64,000 nt of DNA from Nitrososphaeria archaeon (GCA_963752255.1 CAVVXT010000012.1:192001-256000), one strand, 5' to 3'; shown: positions 19,124-30,233, counted from the stretch's first letter. Notes: a model not told the origin generated them from the sequence alone. Numbers and translations are program-made.

Positions 19124-19743
19124 GTATAGAATCACTTAAAATTGAGATAAGAAAGAAGGCGGAAGAAGAGTCTAAACATCTAATTGATACCGCAAATGAG
19201 GAAGGTGCAAGAATTATCAATCAAGCCGAAGAGGAAGCTAAACGCATTATTGAGAACAAGATAAAGGAAAACGACAAGAAGCTTACTGAAAAAGAGAAGA
19301 TCGAGCTATCGCTGGCTAGGATCGAAGGTAGAAGGAAGATTTTAAATGCAAAATCGAAGTACATCGCAGACGTATTTGAGGAGGTTGAAAAAAGGTTAAG
19401 GGAACTTCCGGAAAAAAATCCAACACGTTATAGGGACGTTCTAATCAATTATGCCGTAGAAGCAATTAACAATTTAGATGGAAAAGAATTATTTATAAAA
19501 GTAAACCGCCATGACCAAAAGATAGTTAACGAATTAACCGAAAAAATCAAAAATGAGTACAAAAAATCGAATGGAATCGTTGGACTACAAATTTCACCTG
19601 AACCCATTAATGCGATCGGCGGCGTTATAATCTATGCAGGAGACAAAAAGCAATACTATGTAAATACGTTTGAATCAAGATTAACGAAGATCAAATCAGA
19701 AGATGAAGGTAGAGTGCTTGAAATTTTGCTGGGATCTAAATAA
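19120..19743 (+). CDS. atpE: A/V-type ATP synthase subunit E
   Basis: N-terminal coiled coil, IGGVII, NTFESRL. Confidence 0.88.
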   Translation: MSIESLKIEIRKKAEEESKHLIDTANEEGARIINQAEEEAKRIIENKIKENDKKLTEKEKIELSLARIEGRRKILNAKSKYIADVFEEVEKRLRELPEKNPTRYRDVLINYAVEAINNLDGKELFIKVNRHDQKIVNELTEKIKNEYKKSNGIVGLQISPEPINAIGGVIIYAGDKKQYYVNTFESRLTKIKSEDEGRVLEILLGSK

Positions 19744-19755
19744 GAGGCTTTACGT

Positions 19756-21594
19756 ATGGGAAAAAGAATCGGCACTTTAAATAGAATTTCGGGTTCAGTG
19801 GTTATAGGAACAGGGATTCCGGATATTCAAGTTGGGGAAATAATATTTGTAGGCTCTGATGAACTTGTTGGAGAAGTTATCCGTATTTCAGAAGATACCT
19901 TTACAGCCCAAGTTTATGAGTCAACAAGTGGAATTGAACCCGGAGGAAAAGTTGTTGCGACAGGCAAAAAGCTGGTCACAGAAATCGGGCCAGGCATGCT
20001 CAACAGAATTTACGATGGTGTGGGGAGAAACCTTGAGCTTCTTGCTAAAGAAAGAGGCACCTTTATTACCCGTGGCGCAAAGGTGAGCACACTTCCCAGA
20101 GATCGGAAGTGGCATTTTAAACCACTAATTTCTAAGGGCTCAAAAGTGGAGTATGGAGACATCATAGGCGAAGTTCAGGAGACGCCTATGATGCAGCACA
20201 AAATCTTGATTCCCTATGGCCTACGGGGTACCATCGTGAAGATTGAGGAAGGTGATTTTAGGGTCGACGAGCCCGTGTATAAAATCTCATACGATGGCAC
20301 TGAGACTGAACTGACAATGATGCAAGAATGGCCCGTGAGAGTTCCTCGTCCTTACAAAGAAAACGGCCGACTACTTTTAAGTGAACCCTTAATTACGGGG
20401 CAGCGGGTCATAGATACTTTCTTTCCAATCGCTAAGGGTGGTTCAGCCGCAATACCTGGAGGCTTTGGCACTGGCAAAACTATTATTCTCCACCAGCTAG
20501 CTAAGTGGAGCGATGCCCAAGTTGTCGTATACATAGGATGCGGCGAACGCGGAAACGAGATGAGCGAGGTTCTCAAAGAATTTCCGAAGCTCAAGGATCC
20601 AAGAAGCGGGAGGCCTTTAATGGAAAGGACGATTTTGATAGCTAACACGAGCAATATGCCTGTCGCAGCAAGAGAATCCAGCATCTACATCGGTGCAACA
20701 ATGGCAGAGTATTATAGAGACCAAGGATACGATGTCGCAATAATGGCCGATTCCACTTCAAGATGGGCTGAAGCTCTCAGAGAGATCTCAGGAAGACTTG
20801 AAGAGATGCCTGTCGAGAGAGGGTATCCCGCCTATTTACCCGATAGGATAGCAGAGTTCTACGAGAGAGCGGGGCATGTAATAGCATCGGGAAAGCCCGA
20901 GCGGAAGGGATCAGTAACAATAATAGGAGCCGTTTCACCGCCCGGTGGGGACTTCAACGAACCTGTTACCATTAACACCCTCAGATTTACTAACGTCTTC
21001 TGGGCTCTTGACACTGAACTAGCCTACAGCAGGCATTTTCCCGCAATCAACTGGCTTAAAAGTTACAGCCTTTATTCTGAACAATTAATTAACACGATTA
21101 TACTAAACCTACAAAACCTCGCCCAACAAAAAGAGGACCTTGGAGAAATGAGAAACGATGTCACCCAATTTACCAAGTACAGGTCAGATACGCTCGGATT
21201 ACTTAATACAGCATCTGAGGTAGAGTCAATTGCAAGGGTAATAGGAGAAAGCGCTCTTCCAGATGAGCAAAGACTAATTTTGTTAACCGCAGAAATATTG
21301 AAGGAGGGTTTTTTAAGACAAGCAGCATTCGATGAGGTTGACGCATACTGCGATATGCTAAAACAGTTCCTACTGCTCAAAATGATTTTGAACTTTCATG
21401 AGAAGGCTATGTTGATGATAAAGCAAAGAGTTCCGTTTACAAGAATAAGGGAAATGCCACAGATTTCTATGATGATGAAGATAAAGGAGGACCCCAAAGG
21501 CATTGATAGCATTCTTGAGATTATGAAGGACACAGAAAATGCTCTCGAATTAATTGCCCTTGACTATGGTTTTTCCATAAAGGAGGTTAAGTAA
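19756..21594 (+). CDS. atpA: A/V-type ATP synthase catalytic subunit A
   Basis: GGFGTGKT Walker [33 protein letters not shown]. Confidence 0.97.
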   Translation: MGKRIGTLNRISGSVVIGTGIPDIQVGEIIFVGSDELVGEVIRISEDTFTAQVYESTSGIEPGGKVVATGKKLVTEIGPGMLNRIYDGVGRNLELLAKERGTFITRGAKVSTLPRDRKWHFKPLISKGSKVEYGDIIGEVQETPMMQHKILIPYGLRGTIVKIEEGDFRVDEPVYKISYDGTETELTMMQEWPVRVPRPYKENGRLLLSEPLITGQRVIDTFFPIAKGGSAAIPGGFGTGKTIILHQLAKWSDAQVVVYIGCGERGNEMSEVLKEFPKLKDPRSGRPLMERTILIANTSNMPVAARESSIYIGATMAEYYRDQGYDVAIMADSTSRWAEALREISGRLEEMPVERGYPAYLPDRIAEFYERAGHVIASGKPERKGSVTIIGAVSPPGGDFNEPVTINTLRFTNVFWALDTELAYSRHFPAINWLKSYSLYSEQLINTIILNLQNLAQQKEDLGEMRNDVTQFTKYRSDTLGLLNTASEVESIARVIGESALPDEQRLILLTAEILKEGFLRQAAFDEVDAYCDMLKQFLLLKMILNFHEKAMLMIKQRVPFTRIREMPQISMMMKIKEDPKGIDSILEIMKDTENALELIALDYGFSIKEVK

Positions 21595-21596
21595 AA

Positions 21597-23027
21597 ATGT
21601 CACCCCAACTTCGTTTTGAAGACATTCAAGGAAAGATATACAGGGGTGTTAAAGAAATCAAAAGCTCTCTTGTATTTATTGAAAACGTAGCAGGTGTAGG
21701 TTACGATGAAATTGTTATAATAAGAGGCTCAGATGGAAAAGATAGACTTGGCCGAGTACTCGACATATCACACGACTTTGCCATCGTACAGATTCTCGGT
21801 TCAACAGATGGTCTACAAACCGATATGATAGTAAAATTTACTGGAACAGTTTTTAAGATTCCCGTCTCCGATGAAGCTCTTGGAAGAGTATTCAATGGAA
21901 TATTTAAACCCATAGATGGAATGCCGTCAATAGTTTCAAGCGATGTCAGAGATGTTAATGGCCTTCCAATAAACCCTGTTGCAAGAGCCTATCCCAACAA
22001 CTTTATACAAACGGGGATTTCGGCAATAGATGGCGTCTTGTCACTAATAAGGGGACAGAAGTTGCCTATATTTTCAGAAAGTGGTCTTCCGCACAATAGA
22101 ATTATAGCCCAGATAGCTAGACAGGCTACTGTCAGAGGGGAGAGCGAGGAATTTGCGTTGGTTTTTGCAGCGATGGGCCTGAAAAGCGATGAAGCCAGAT
22201 TCTTCTTGGAACAGTTCAGGAACTCTGGCGCTATTGAACGGTCAGTAATAATATTGAATCTCGCAGAGGACCCAGCTAATGAAAGACTTCTAACGCCACG
22301 AATTGCGTTAACGGTAGCTGAGCATTTAGCGTTTGACCTTGATCTTCATGTCCTAACCATCCTAAGCGATATGACGAACTATTGTGAAGCGTTGAGGGAA
22401 ATGAGCGCTGCAAGAGAGGAAGTACCTGGAAGGTCAGGATATCCTGGATACCTCTACAGTGACCTTTCCACGCTCTATGAGAGAGCAGGTATAAACGTTG
22501 GTAGGAAGGGATCTCTAACGCAGATGCCCGTGTTGACGATGCCTGGTGGAGATTTAAGAAACCCTATACCAGACCTTACCGGCTACATCACTGAAGGCCA
22601 GCTATTTCTAGACAGAGACCTGTACTCCCGAAGCATTTATCCTCCAATAAATATCCTGCCATCGCTAAGCAGGCTTATGGGAAGTGGTATTGGCAAAGAT
22701 AAAACAAGGGACGATCATGGAGATATAGCAGACCAGCTCTACGATGCATATTCCCGTGGGTCACGCGCTAGAGATCTTGCAAGAATTGTCGGAGAGATGG
22801 GGTTAAGCGAGAGAGAAAGAAGCTATCTAAGGTTTGCGGACTTGTTTGAGAAACAGTTCGTAAACCAAGGTGAAAACGTAAACAGGACGATTGAGGAAAC
22901 CCTAGACATAGCGTGGGAAACTCTGGCGTCCCTACAAGAGAGTGAACTCGTTAGAATCAGTGAAAGCTTGATTAAGAAATACCACCCGAAATACAAATCG
23001 AATAAGCCGGATTCCTCTACCGGATAG
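21597..23027 (+). CDS. atpB: A/V-type ATP synthase subunit B
   Basis: [45 protein letters not shown]. Confidence 0.97.
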   Translation: MSPQLRFEDIQGKIYRGVKEIKSSLVFIENVAGVGYDEIVIIRGSDGKDRLGRVLDISHDFAIVQILGSTDGLQTDMIVKFTGTVFKIPVSDEALGRVFNGIFKPIDGMPSIVSSDVRDVNGLPINPVARAYPNNFIQTGISAIDGVLSLIRGQKLPIFSESGLPHNRIIAQIARQATVRGESEEFALVFAAMGLKSDEARFFLEQFRNSGAIERSVIILNLAEDPANERLLTPRIALTVAEHLAFDLDLHVLTILSDMTNYCEALREMSAAREEVPGRSGYPGYLYSDLSTLYERAGINVGRKGSLTQMPVLTMPGGDLRNPIPDLTGYITEGQLFLDRDLYSRSIYPPINILPSLSRLMGSGIGKDKTRDDHGDIADQLYDAYSRGSRARDLARIVGEMGLSERERSYLRFADLFEKQFVNQGENVNRTIEETLDIAWETLASLQESELVRISESLIKKYHPKYKSNKPDSSTG

Positions 23028-23648
23028 TTGATAACTGTGTCAATGGGTCAAGTTTCAGCTACAAAAGGTGCGCTGCAGCGTTTAAGGGAGCAGATAAAGT
23101 TCACTGAAAAGAGTAAAGACATTCTCAAAATGAAAAGAGACCAACTCGCTGGGGAAATAAATAGACTTTTACATGAGATCCATCGCAGAAAAGAAATCGA
23201 AAAAATGTTTAGTGAGGCATACGAATCGGTAAAGTACGCATATGCTGTTGAAGGCTATGATGAAGTTTCCTCGATCGCCAACGCCACAGACCTTTTGGAA
23301 GTCCGCGCCAACCCAGTCAGTGTTATGAATGTGTTGATGCCTGAAGTTGAAGTCGTAAGAAAAGGGGGGTCTAAACAGATACCGTCGATAACACTATTTG
23401 TCCCAGCTGAAAAACTGAACAAGGCTATTGAAGAGGCGATTAATCTGGCCGTTGTTGAGGCAAAGATAGAGCAACTTGCAGGAGAGTTGATGGAGACTAA
23501 TAGAAAAGTGAATGCCCTGGAAAAGGTCATAATGCCGAGATATATATCGAGGGCTAAGTATATTGAAGATCGGTTAATAGAAGAGGATTTGGAGGAATTT
23601 TCTATTATGAAACATGTTCGAAACATAATAAGGGAGAGTCGCGAATGA
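23028..23648 (+). CDS. atpD: A/V-type ATP synthase subunit D
   Basis: L..KRD.L, T.RKVNALE.V..P. Confidence 0.92.
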   Translation: MITVSMGQVSATKGALQRLREQIKFTEKSKDILKMKRDQLAGEINRLLHEIHRRKEIEKMFSEAYESVKYAYAVEGYDEVSSIANATDLLEVRANPVSVMNVLMPEVEVVRKGGSKQIPSITLFVPAEKLNKAIEEAINLAVVEAKIEQLAGELMETNRKVNALEKVIMPRYISRAKYIEDRLIEEDLEEFSIMKHVRNIIRESRE

Positions 23649-24673
23649 ACCCCTTCTTAATATATTTGGTAACGCGAGCTCACGGCTTACACACACATCT
23701 GCTGACGGAAGAAAATTATAGGAACGTTCTGAAGATAAAAGATTTGAATTCATTAGTCCAATACCTTTTAAGAACAGACTATGGACCAGAAACAAGCAAA
23801 ATATCAAGTGAATCAATAAACTCTATGAAGCTTGGTCAAGTCTTTTACTCGGTGCTCATGTCACGGGTATATCATCTTATTCGGATTGCGCCGAGAGATT
23901 TTAGGGATTTTCTTTTTTTGTACGCTGGAAGATATGAAATGGAAAATGTCAAGAGAATTTTGAGATCAAAAAGAACTGGGAATCAAATAGGCACCGACAT
24001 GCTGCTGCCTATTCCCAGAGAATTTGCGATAATAAATTTTTCAGCCATGATAGAGGCGTCCACACTACAGGATTCTCTGGAGATTTTGAAGGCCACGAGA
24101 TACTCTACGATTATTGAAAAAACATCGTTGCTTCAGAAATATGGAATACAGACTTTACTCGAAGGCGCCCTCGATAAAATATACTTCAAAGATTTAGAGA
24201 AATCCCTTAACAGCATCCCTGACAATAGAAAAGTCGGAATCATAGTTGGCACAGAAGTAGATCTTCGCAACATAGGTCTTATGATAGATTTAAGAGCTCG
24301 TGACGTAGACCCAGAAACAGTTCTGTCGATATCATTTAAATCGTTTAGACTTAGGGACGAAGACGTAAACCAGATCGCTAGAGCGAAACCTAACATGGTA
24401 CCAGACATAATAATGAAAACACCCTATCAAAGATTCGCTTCACGTTTGAAGTCTACGTTTGAAGAAGGGAAAGTGGAAAGAATAGAACAGGTCATAAACA
24501 GCGAAATTTACTCTAAAGCAGTGTCGGTCGCAAGAGAGTCTCCCAACGACTTCGCATATATAATAGGATACCTTCAAATGGCTGAAATGGAAGCGAAGAA
24601 TCTAATTTCAATTGCTACTGGAATGGAGTTAGCCTTAGAAGAAGAAAAGATAAGATCCATGCTATATTTGTAA
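23645..24673 (+). CDS. atpC: A/V-type ATP synthase subunit C (d)
   Basis: Y..TR.HG....LL, YE.ENVK.ILR, D.RN, GYL...E.E..NL. Confidence 0.85.
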   Translation: MNPFLIYLVTRAHGLHTHLLTEENYRNVLKIKDLNSLVQYLLRTDYGPETSKISSESINSMKLGQVFYSVLMSRVYHLIRIAPRDFRDFLFLYAGRYEMENVKRILRSKRTGNQIGTDMLLPIPREFAIINFSAMIEASTLQDSLEILKATRYSTIIEKTSLLQKYGIQTLLEGALDKIYFKDLEKSLNSIPDNRKVGIIVGTEVDLRNIGLMIDLRARDVDPETVLSISFKSFRLRDEDVNQIARAKPNMVPDIIMKTPYQRFASRLKSTFEEGKVERIEQVINSEIYSKAVSVARESPNDFAYIIGYLQMAEMEAKNLISIATGMELALEEEKIRSMLYL

Positions 24674-24715
24674 TATACAATTTTCATACACTGGGAAAAA
24701 ATATCACTTTAGAGG

Positions 24716-25150
24716 TTACGGTATTTTAGCTAATATTTGGAACGCAATTAGAAGACCGTAGATAGCTATTCCCTCGCCTAGTCCTGCGAGTATCAGAATA
24801 GAGCCAAAAGCACCTGGCCTTTCAACGATTGCGGCAGCCCCAGCACTTGCAGCATAGCCTACTGCAATCCCGGCCCCAATGCATGATCCAGCTATTGCCA
24901 ATCCGGCCCCCAGCATTCCAAGCCCGCTTGAGATGTCAGAAGTTGTAGATGTAGAGTTTGTAGATGTCTGAGATGGAGCAGGAGATGCTGCGGCAAAAGA
25001 AATCCCGACAACTAGCGGGAACACTACTAGAACATTAAAGGCGGTAACAATCAAAAGGGACCTTCTGAAAGTACTCAAATGCTTAAACATTCTCACTGTG
25101 TACTGGATCAGAAAGTTTTTGATAGTGCTTCTCGTTCCCTTTGTAGTCAT
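24716..25150 (-). CDS. atpK: A/V-type ATP synthase proteolipid subunit K (c), single hairpin with signal-like leader; start may be 25090
   Basis: LGAGLAI....GAGIAVG...AG......P, GLGEGIAIYGLLIA with the conserved Glu. Confidence 0.9.
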   Translation of the reverse strand: MTTKGTRSTIKNFLIQYTVRMFKHLSTFRRSLLIVTAFNVLVVFPLVVGISFAAASPAPSQTSTNSTSTTSDISSGLGMLGAGLAIAGSCIGAGIAVGYAASAGAAAIVERPGAFGSILILAGLGEGIAIYGLLIAFQILAKIP

Positions 25151-25352
25151 CGAATAACTCTTTCGATATTCTCTTTAAATACTTTTCCACAATTCATCCT
25201 CGCATTAAAAAAGTCAAGTATTTATTGCGGACAAATGCAAAACTATAAGTATTGGCTTGATTGCTGTCCTCTTGCGCAAGACCGTTAGTTCATTGAATCG
25301 GAAAAATCTGACTCAGGCTACTTCGATTTTGCATAAAGAGGAATAAAACAAA

Positions 25353-26597
25353 TTGAAAAAATTTCAAGAATTGGAGTTAGATCCAAGAATTAAGAAGGGA
25401 CTTTTTGATTCAGGTCTTATAGAAGCTTTTCCCATCCAAGAGAAAACTATAGACCCCCTTTTGTTAAAAAGAGATGTTATAGGACAGGCAAAAACAGGAA
25501 CAGGGAAGACTGCAGCATATGTCATCCCAATGCTTCAGACAGTTAATACAGAAAAAAGATATGTTCAAGCTTTAGTCCTTGCACCGACGAGAGAGCTTGC
25601 TGTGCAGATTACACAGGAAATCAGAAGACTCGGTAAATATACAAATGTCAAGGTAGTAACAATCTATGGTGGCCAAGCAGCAAGTGTTCAACTTGAAGCT
25701 TTATCACGCGGAGTTCAAGTCGTAGTCGGTACACCCGGAAGAGTGATCGATCTTATAGATAGAGGCAGACTGTCGCTCCAAGATGTAAAATATGTCGTAC
25801 TAGATGAAGCAGATACAATGCTCGACATGGGTTTCATAGACGATGTAAAGTACATATTGGACTTCGTATCTCCAGAAAGACAGACGAGCCTATTCTCGGC
25901 GACGATGCCGGAGAGAATTGTTCAATTGGCTGATAGTTATATGAATAATCCTGAAAGGATACTCATAGACTCAGATGAACCCTCTGTTGACACTCTAGAT
26001 CAGTATTACACTATAGCAGAAGAAATCGACAAACTTTCTGTTCTAATCAACATATTAGAGAAAGCTAAGCCTTCGACAACGATAATATTCTGTTCAACGA
26101 AATATAGGACAAATAAGCTGGCTCGAGAACTGGAACGGAGGTTTTTTAATGCATCACCTATAAACGGAGATCTTAGCCAAAATCAAAGAGATCACGTCAT
26201 GAACCTATTTAGATCAAGGCATCTCGATATACTTGTAGCCACAGACCTTGCAGGAAGAGGATTAGACATCCCCCACGTCGATTGTATAATAAACTATGAT
26301 GTGCCAAAGTATCCTCTAATATACTTCCACCGCGTCGGTAGAACCGCCCGAGCAGGTGGGTCAGGGAAATCGTTCACCATCATCTCAGGTGACGAATACG
26401 AAGATTTTGCACGGATAAAGAAGATGACTACTGCGGAAATAAAGCCTCTGTACCCGAACGACGAAAAATACGATTTCCAAATAAATTTTAGCAACGAATC
26501 TAGAAGTTCACAGAGAAGGTACCCAAGATACAACAATCATCGATACTCTAGGCCAGAAAACAGAAATAGATACAACTGGTATCAAACGAGTCGCTAG
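25353..26597 (+). CDS. DEAD-box RNA helicase
   Basis: Q motif, AKTGTGKT, PTRELA, TPGR, DEAD, SAT, HRVGRTAR; R/N/Y-rich tail. Confidence 0.95.
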   Translation: MKKFQELELDPRIKKGLFDSGLIEAFPIQEKTIDPLLLKRDVIGQAKTGTGKTAAYVIPMLQTVNTEKRYVQALVLAPTRELAVQITQEIRRLGKYTNVKVVTIYGGQAASVQLEALSRGVQVVVGTPGRVIDLIDRGRLSLQDVKYVVLDEADTMLDMGFIDDVKYILDFVSPERQTSLFSATMPERIVQLADSYMNNPERILIDSDEPSVDTLDQYYTIAEEIDKLSVLINILEKAKPSTTIIFCSTKYRTNKLARELERRFFNASPINGDLSQNQRDHVMNLFRSRHLDILVATDLAGRGLDIPHVDCIINYDVPKYPLIYFHRVGRTARAGGSGKSFTIISGDEYEDFARIKKMTTAEIKPLYPNDEKYDFQINFSNESRSSQRRYPRYNNHRYSRPENRNRYNWYQTSR

Positions 26598-26602
26598 TAT
26601 TT

Positions 26603-26624
26603 CCAGATGTCTAATCACATCTGG
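26603..26624 (+). terminator. Perfect 8-bp hairpin immediately 3' of the helicase gene
   Basis: CCAGATGT-CTAATC-ACATCTGG. Confidence 0.35.
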
Positions 26625-26973
26625 TAGATAATATGACACTACTTTAAACGAAAGGACATTGAACATTTGTTAAAAGGCCATTAATCGCGTTCATTGCTTT
26701 GGTTGAGTAGGAGCCGATGAAGCGTTACGTTTCTTATTTTGAAGATACTGGTTGTAGCACTTTAAGCTACAGGCAAGCCCTTCTCTACCACCGCTTAATT
26801 TAAAATATTTATCTTTGTGAATGTTTATGTTCTTGTTACATACCGCACATTTGTCAACCATACACTCTTACTCTAAACATCACACTCAAACATCAGCTAG
26901 ATAAATCTTTGCATAGATTTCAAATATAAGACGTGTCTAAACCTTTTAACATACAAAAAACAAAAATTCGTAT

Positions 26974-28188
26974 CTAAGATACAGGATGAAGTATTGGCTT
27001 TCCATATAAACCATCATACCCTGCTTCGAATCTAACTTTCTTTTCCCTAAAATCTTCGATCAAAGAGGCGACCTCTGAGCCTACTATCTGATCTAAGAGC
27101 GGCCTCTTAATATCTATAAGAATCGATATTTCATTTCCTGCCTTTTTAATATAATTTAATTCTTCATCACCTATCTTCTTTGAATACAGGCTTTCCGAAC
27201 CTCTCAGCAGCGATATGACTCCATAAAGTGGAAGAGCAACCTTGAAGGGAACCGCATTTGGCGGTTCATAGCCTTCAGGTCGATCTGCCAATTCTTCAAC
27301 TCTCTGGAGGACACCTATTGTGAGTCTTTTTCCACAGACTGGACAGATGTTATTTACTTTCAAGGCATCTTTGGGGCTTAAGGAGAATTTGCAGTTCCTG
27401 TGACCTGTATAATGATATTTTCCGTATTCAGGTGGAACTTCGACGGTGTACAAGAACTTGGACCTATCATGGTTCTTGATTGCTTCAAAGATTGATCTGT
27501 ATGAAGGCTTAGATAGCTGAAAGACATTGAATTCTCTTCCAAGACGTGATGGAAGAGGACTATGTGAGTCAGAGTTGCTTACAAGAGAAACCTTATCTAA
27601 AGCGCTTATCCTCCAATTCATTTGGGGGGTACTGCTTAATCCAGTTTCGATGGCGAAGATTTTTCTTGCCTGATCTCCAAAGCACTCCTCAAGAGAGTCA
27701 AAGCCAGTGTTAGCTCCAAAAACACCATACCACGTTGTCCAGGCATGTGAAGGTATTATCACGATTTTCGAGTCGATGGAGTTCATCAAATCAACAAACT
27801 CGGGGCTTGTGAGTCTCGTAAAAGTTGGACGGCCATCTGAGTTAAGACTGCCATAACGTGACAGCGAACTGTTTATCGATTCAACGACTTCAATTGATGG
27901 AGCATGGATTATGTGATGCACCCTTCTAGATTTTCCATCTTGAGGATAGATTAACGAAACTTCACATGTTAGCATCCAGTATATGTCGCCAAAGAGGTAT
28001 ACGCCATCTGCAAAGGTTCTTAGCTTTTTCTTAAGCTCGCTAAACCATTTAGGATGTGTAAAATCGCCTGTGCCGAGCAGATTTAACCCCTTTAATCTTG
28101 CGCCCGCCGCAATGTTTTCTAGGTCCATTGACTGGCTTGTAGCACGACTGTATTTACTGTGCAGATGTAGATCAGCGCAAATTATCAT
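26974..28188 (-). CDS. Endonuclease Q-like / TIGR00375 PHP + Zn-finger protein
   Basis: DLHLHSKYSRATS, GTGDFTHP, ETGLS, NSDSHS...LGRE, GKYH..GHRNC...CPVCG, GV..RV..LAD, GYDG.YG. Confidence 0.85.
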   Translation of the reverse strand: MIICADLHLHSKYSRATSQSMDLENIAAGARLKGLNLLGTGDFTHPKWFSELKKKLRTFADGVYLFGDIYWMLTCEVSLIYPQDGKSRRVHHIIHAPSIEVVESINSSLSRYGSLNSDGRPTFTRLTSPEFVDLMNSIDSKIVIIPSHAWTTWYGVFGANTGFDSLEECFGDQARKIFAIETGLSSTPQMNWRISALDKVSLVSNSDSHSPLPSRLGREFNVFQLSKPSYRSIFEAIKNHDRSKFLYTVEVPPEYGKYHYTGHRNCKFSLSPKDALKVNNICPVCGKRLTIGVLQRVEELADRPEGYEPPNAVPFKVALPLYGVISLLRGSESLYSKKIGDEELNYIKKAGNEISILIDIKRPLLDQIVGSEVASLIEDFREKKVRFEAGYDGLYGKPILHPVS

Positions 28189-28445
28189 ATTCGGTTATTC
28201 CTTTTTAAAAATAATAAAACAGCATAAATACTTTACTTATCATTCTTAACCCAAAAGGCAGACTTCAGCGGTGATATGAAGGTTTCCCAAAACAACGTTT
28301 ATCGTATTATAAGAAAGGAACGTCTTGTGATGAAGAAAACAATTGAACGTCCTATCATTAAATCCTTTTCTACAGCCTAAAAATTTTCATAACCTAACAC
28401 GGAGAAAATATAAAAGAAGTTGTTGGAGTAGTTTGGCGTGAAAGT

Positions 28446-29879
28446 ATGCAACCGGAAAAAGCTTTGCCTGACAAAGAGGGTAGATTTAGTGAATGGTACT
28501 CTGCGATACTGGAAAAGGCTGAACTAGCCGACATAAGATATAATGTGAAAGGTTTTATCGTTTACCGACCTAATTTGATGAGAATAATAAACCTGATAAA
28601 GAATGAGCTTGAGCAAGGACTTTTTAAAGACGGCCACCAGCAGGTCATGTTCCCTCTCGTTATCCCTATTTCTTACCTGAAAAAAGAAGAGGAGCATGTC
28701 ACAGGATTTGCAGCCGAAGTTTTCAAATTACAGAGCGAAGAAGGAGAAGAGGAACTGGCGCTTAGACCAACTTCTGAAACAGCCTTTTATCCGATGTATT
28801 CACTATGGATTCACAGCTATAGGGATCTTCCCTTGAAGCTTTTCCAAACCGTGAACGTATATCGAAAGGAAACTAAAGCTACCAGACCTCTAATTCGAGG
28901 CAGAGAGTTTTATTGGATAGAGTCACACGATGCCTTCGAAAACAAAGAGCAAGCTCTGGGACAGGTTACAAAAGATATTGAAATCACAAAAGAGGCGCTG
29001 AGAAAACTTGGACTAGCATTTGTCGTAGTAGAAAGAGAGGAGTGGGACAAGTTCCCTGGAGCGGAGAGCACATTCGCCTTTGATTGTATAATGCCTGATG
29101 GCAGAGTGTTACAGATTGCGACAACCCATTATTTAGGTACAAAATTTTCAGTTCCTTTTGACGTGGCTTACTTAGATAAAGATGGCGTCAAGAAGAACGT
29201 TCACCAAACTTGCTTTGGACCAGGAATATCGAGGATGGCGGCTGCGGTCATCGCAGTCCACGGTGACGAATTTGGTTTAATACTTCCATTCGAAGTCGCG
29301 CCTGTTCAGGTTGCCGTTGTCCCTATCAAGAATGAAGCTCAAGAGAAACAGGTTGTAGAAAAGGCAAAAGAAATCAGTAAAAAGCTGGAAAGGCTTAACT
29401 TGCGATATGAGGTTGATATTTCTGAGGAGAGACCTGGAGCAAAATATTACAAGTGGGAACTGATAGGTGCGCCGGTAAGAATCGAGATAGGAGGAAAAGA
29501 GCTGAGTGATCACTGTCTGACACTTTTCAGAAGAGACACCAGGAAAAGGTTGAAGATCGAAGAAAGTAAGCTGGATGAGGAGATCAGGTTTCTTGAGAAG
29601 GATTTATTAAGTAATTTGGCTGGGAAATCACGCGAAAGGATGGATAAATCTATTGTTAGAGTAAATAATAGACAAGAACTTCTTAAAGCAAGTCAGGAAG
29701 GAAAGATTGTTTTAATGAACTTTTGTAAAAGATTGGAGTGCTCAGAGGAATTAAAAGCGGGTACAAGAGGATATGAAATCAGAGGAAGGAGAGTTGATGT
29801 CGTCGAACAAGTCTGGGGAAAATGTGCGTGGTGCAGTAGAGACGCAATAGAAGTGGCTGTTGTAGCGAAAACCTTTTAG
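28446..29879 (+). CDS. proS: Proline-tRNA ligase (archaeal/eukaryotic type)
   Basis: FSEWY, LRPTSET, YRKETKATRPLIRGREF.W.E.H, ATTHYLG, C-terminal Zn site. Confidence 0.96.
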   Translation: MQPEKALPDKEGRFSEWYSAILEKAELADIRYNVKGFIVYRPNLMRIINLIKNELEQGLFKDGHQQVMFPLVIPISYLKKEEEHVTGFAAEVFKLQSEEGEEELALRPTSETAFYPMYSLWIHSYRDLPLKLFQTVNVYRKETKATRPLIRGREFYWIESHDAFENKEQALGQVTKDIEITKEALRKLGLAFVVVEREEWDKFPGAESTFAFDCIMPDGRVLQIATTHYLGTKFSVPFDVAYLDKDGVKKNVHQTCFGPGISRMAAAVIAVHGDEFGLILPFEVAPVQVAVVPIKNEAQEKQVVEKAKEISKKLERLNLRYEVDISEERPGAKYYKWELIGAPVRIEIGGKELSDHCLTLFRRDTRKRLKIEESKLDEEIRFLEKDLLSNLAGKSRERMDKSIVRVNNRQELLKASQEGKIVLMNFCKRLECSEELKAGTRGYEIRGRRVDVVEQVWGKCAWCSRDAIEVAVVAKTF

Positions 29880-30233
29880 ATCGAAATCACCCATTTTTCA
29901 AGCCAAACAGATATTTATGACAGAAAAGATTGGATAATCGATAAACTAGAATATATGAAGAAAAAATCTGATGGTCAATTTACAAGTAAATGGGGTATTG
30001 CATATAGTCGGGTTTTTATCTGATTAAAACACACGATTTGGGTAAAGTGTGAATAATATAGTGTACTAGATGAAATTACTAAAACATAGTGACTATATAT
30101 TTTTAAGACAAAGCTGCTGGCAATATTTTTGGTATTATAAGTAATAGAGCTCATAAGATGCGTTCTCGTTGGCCAGAGTTATTCAACCATTCGTCGAAGA
30201 GAATATATATATTAAGCGCATATTCCCCAAATA

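Noticed and set aside
26700-26730. Fluoride riboswitch-like words (GTAGGAG..GATG)
   Set aside because: Order and spacing do not fit the crcB motif on either strand and no fluoride exporter lies downstream
28327-28380. Box C/D sRNA starting at GTGATGA
   Set aside because: No CTGA D box at the expected distance
29880-30233. 350-bp AT-rich gap before ahcY as a SAM/SAH riboswitch or small gene
   Set aside because: No recognisable aptamer consensus, convincing stem or credible ORF
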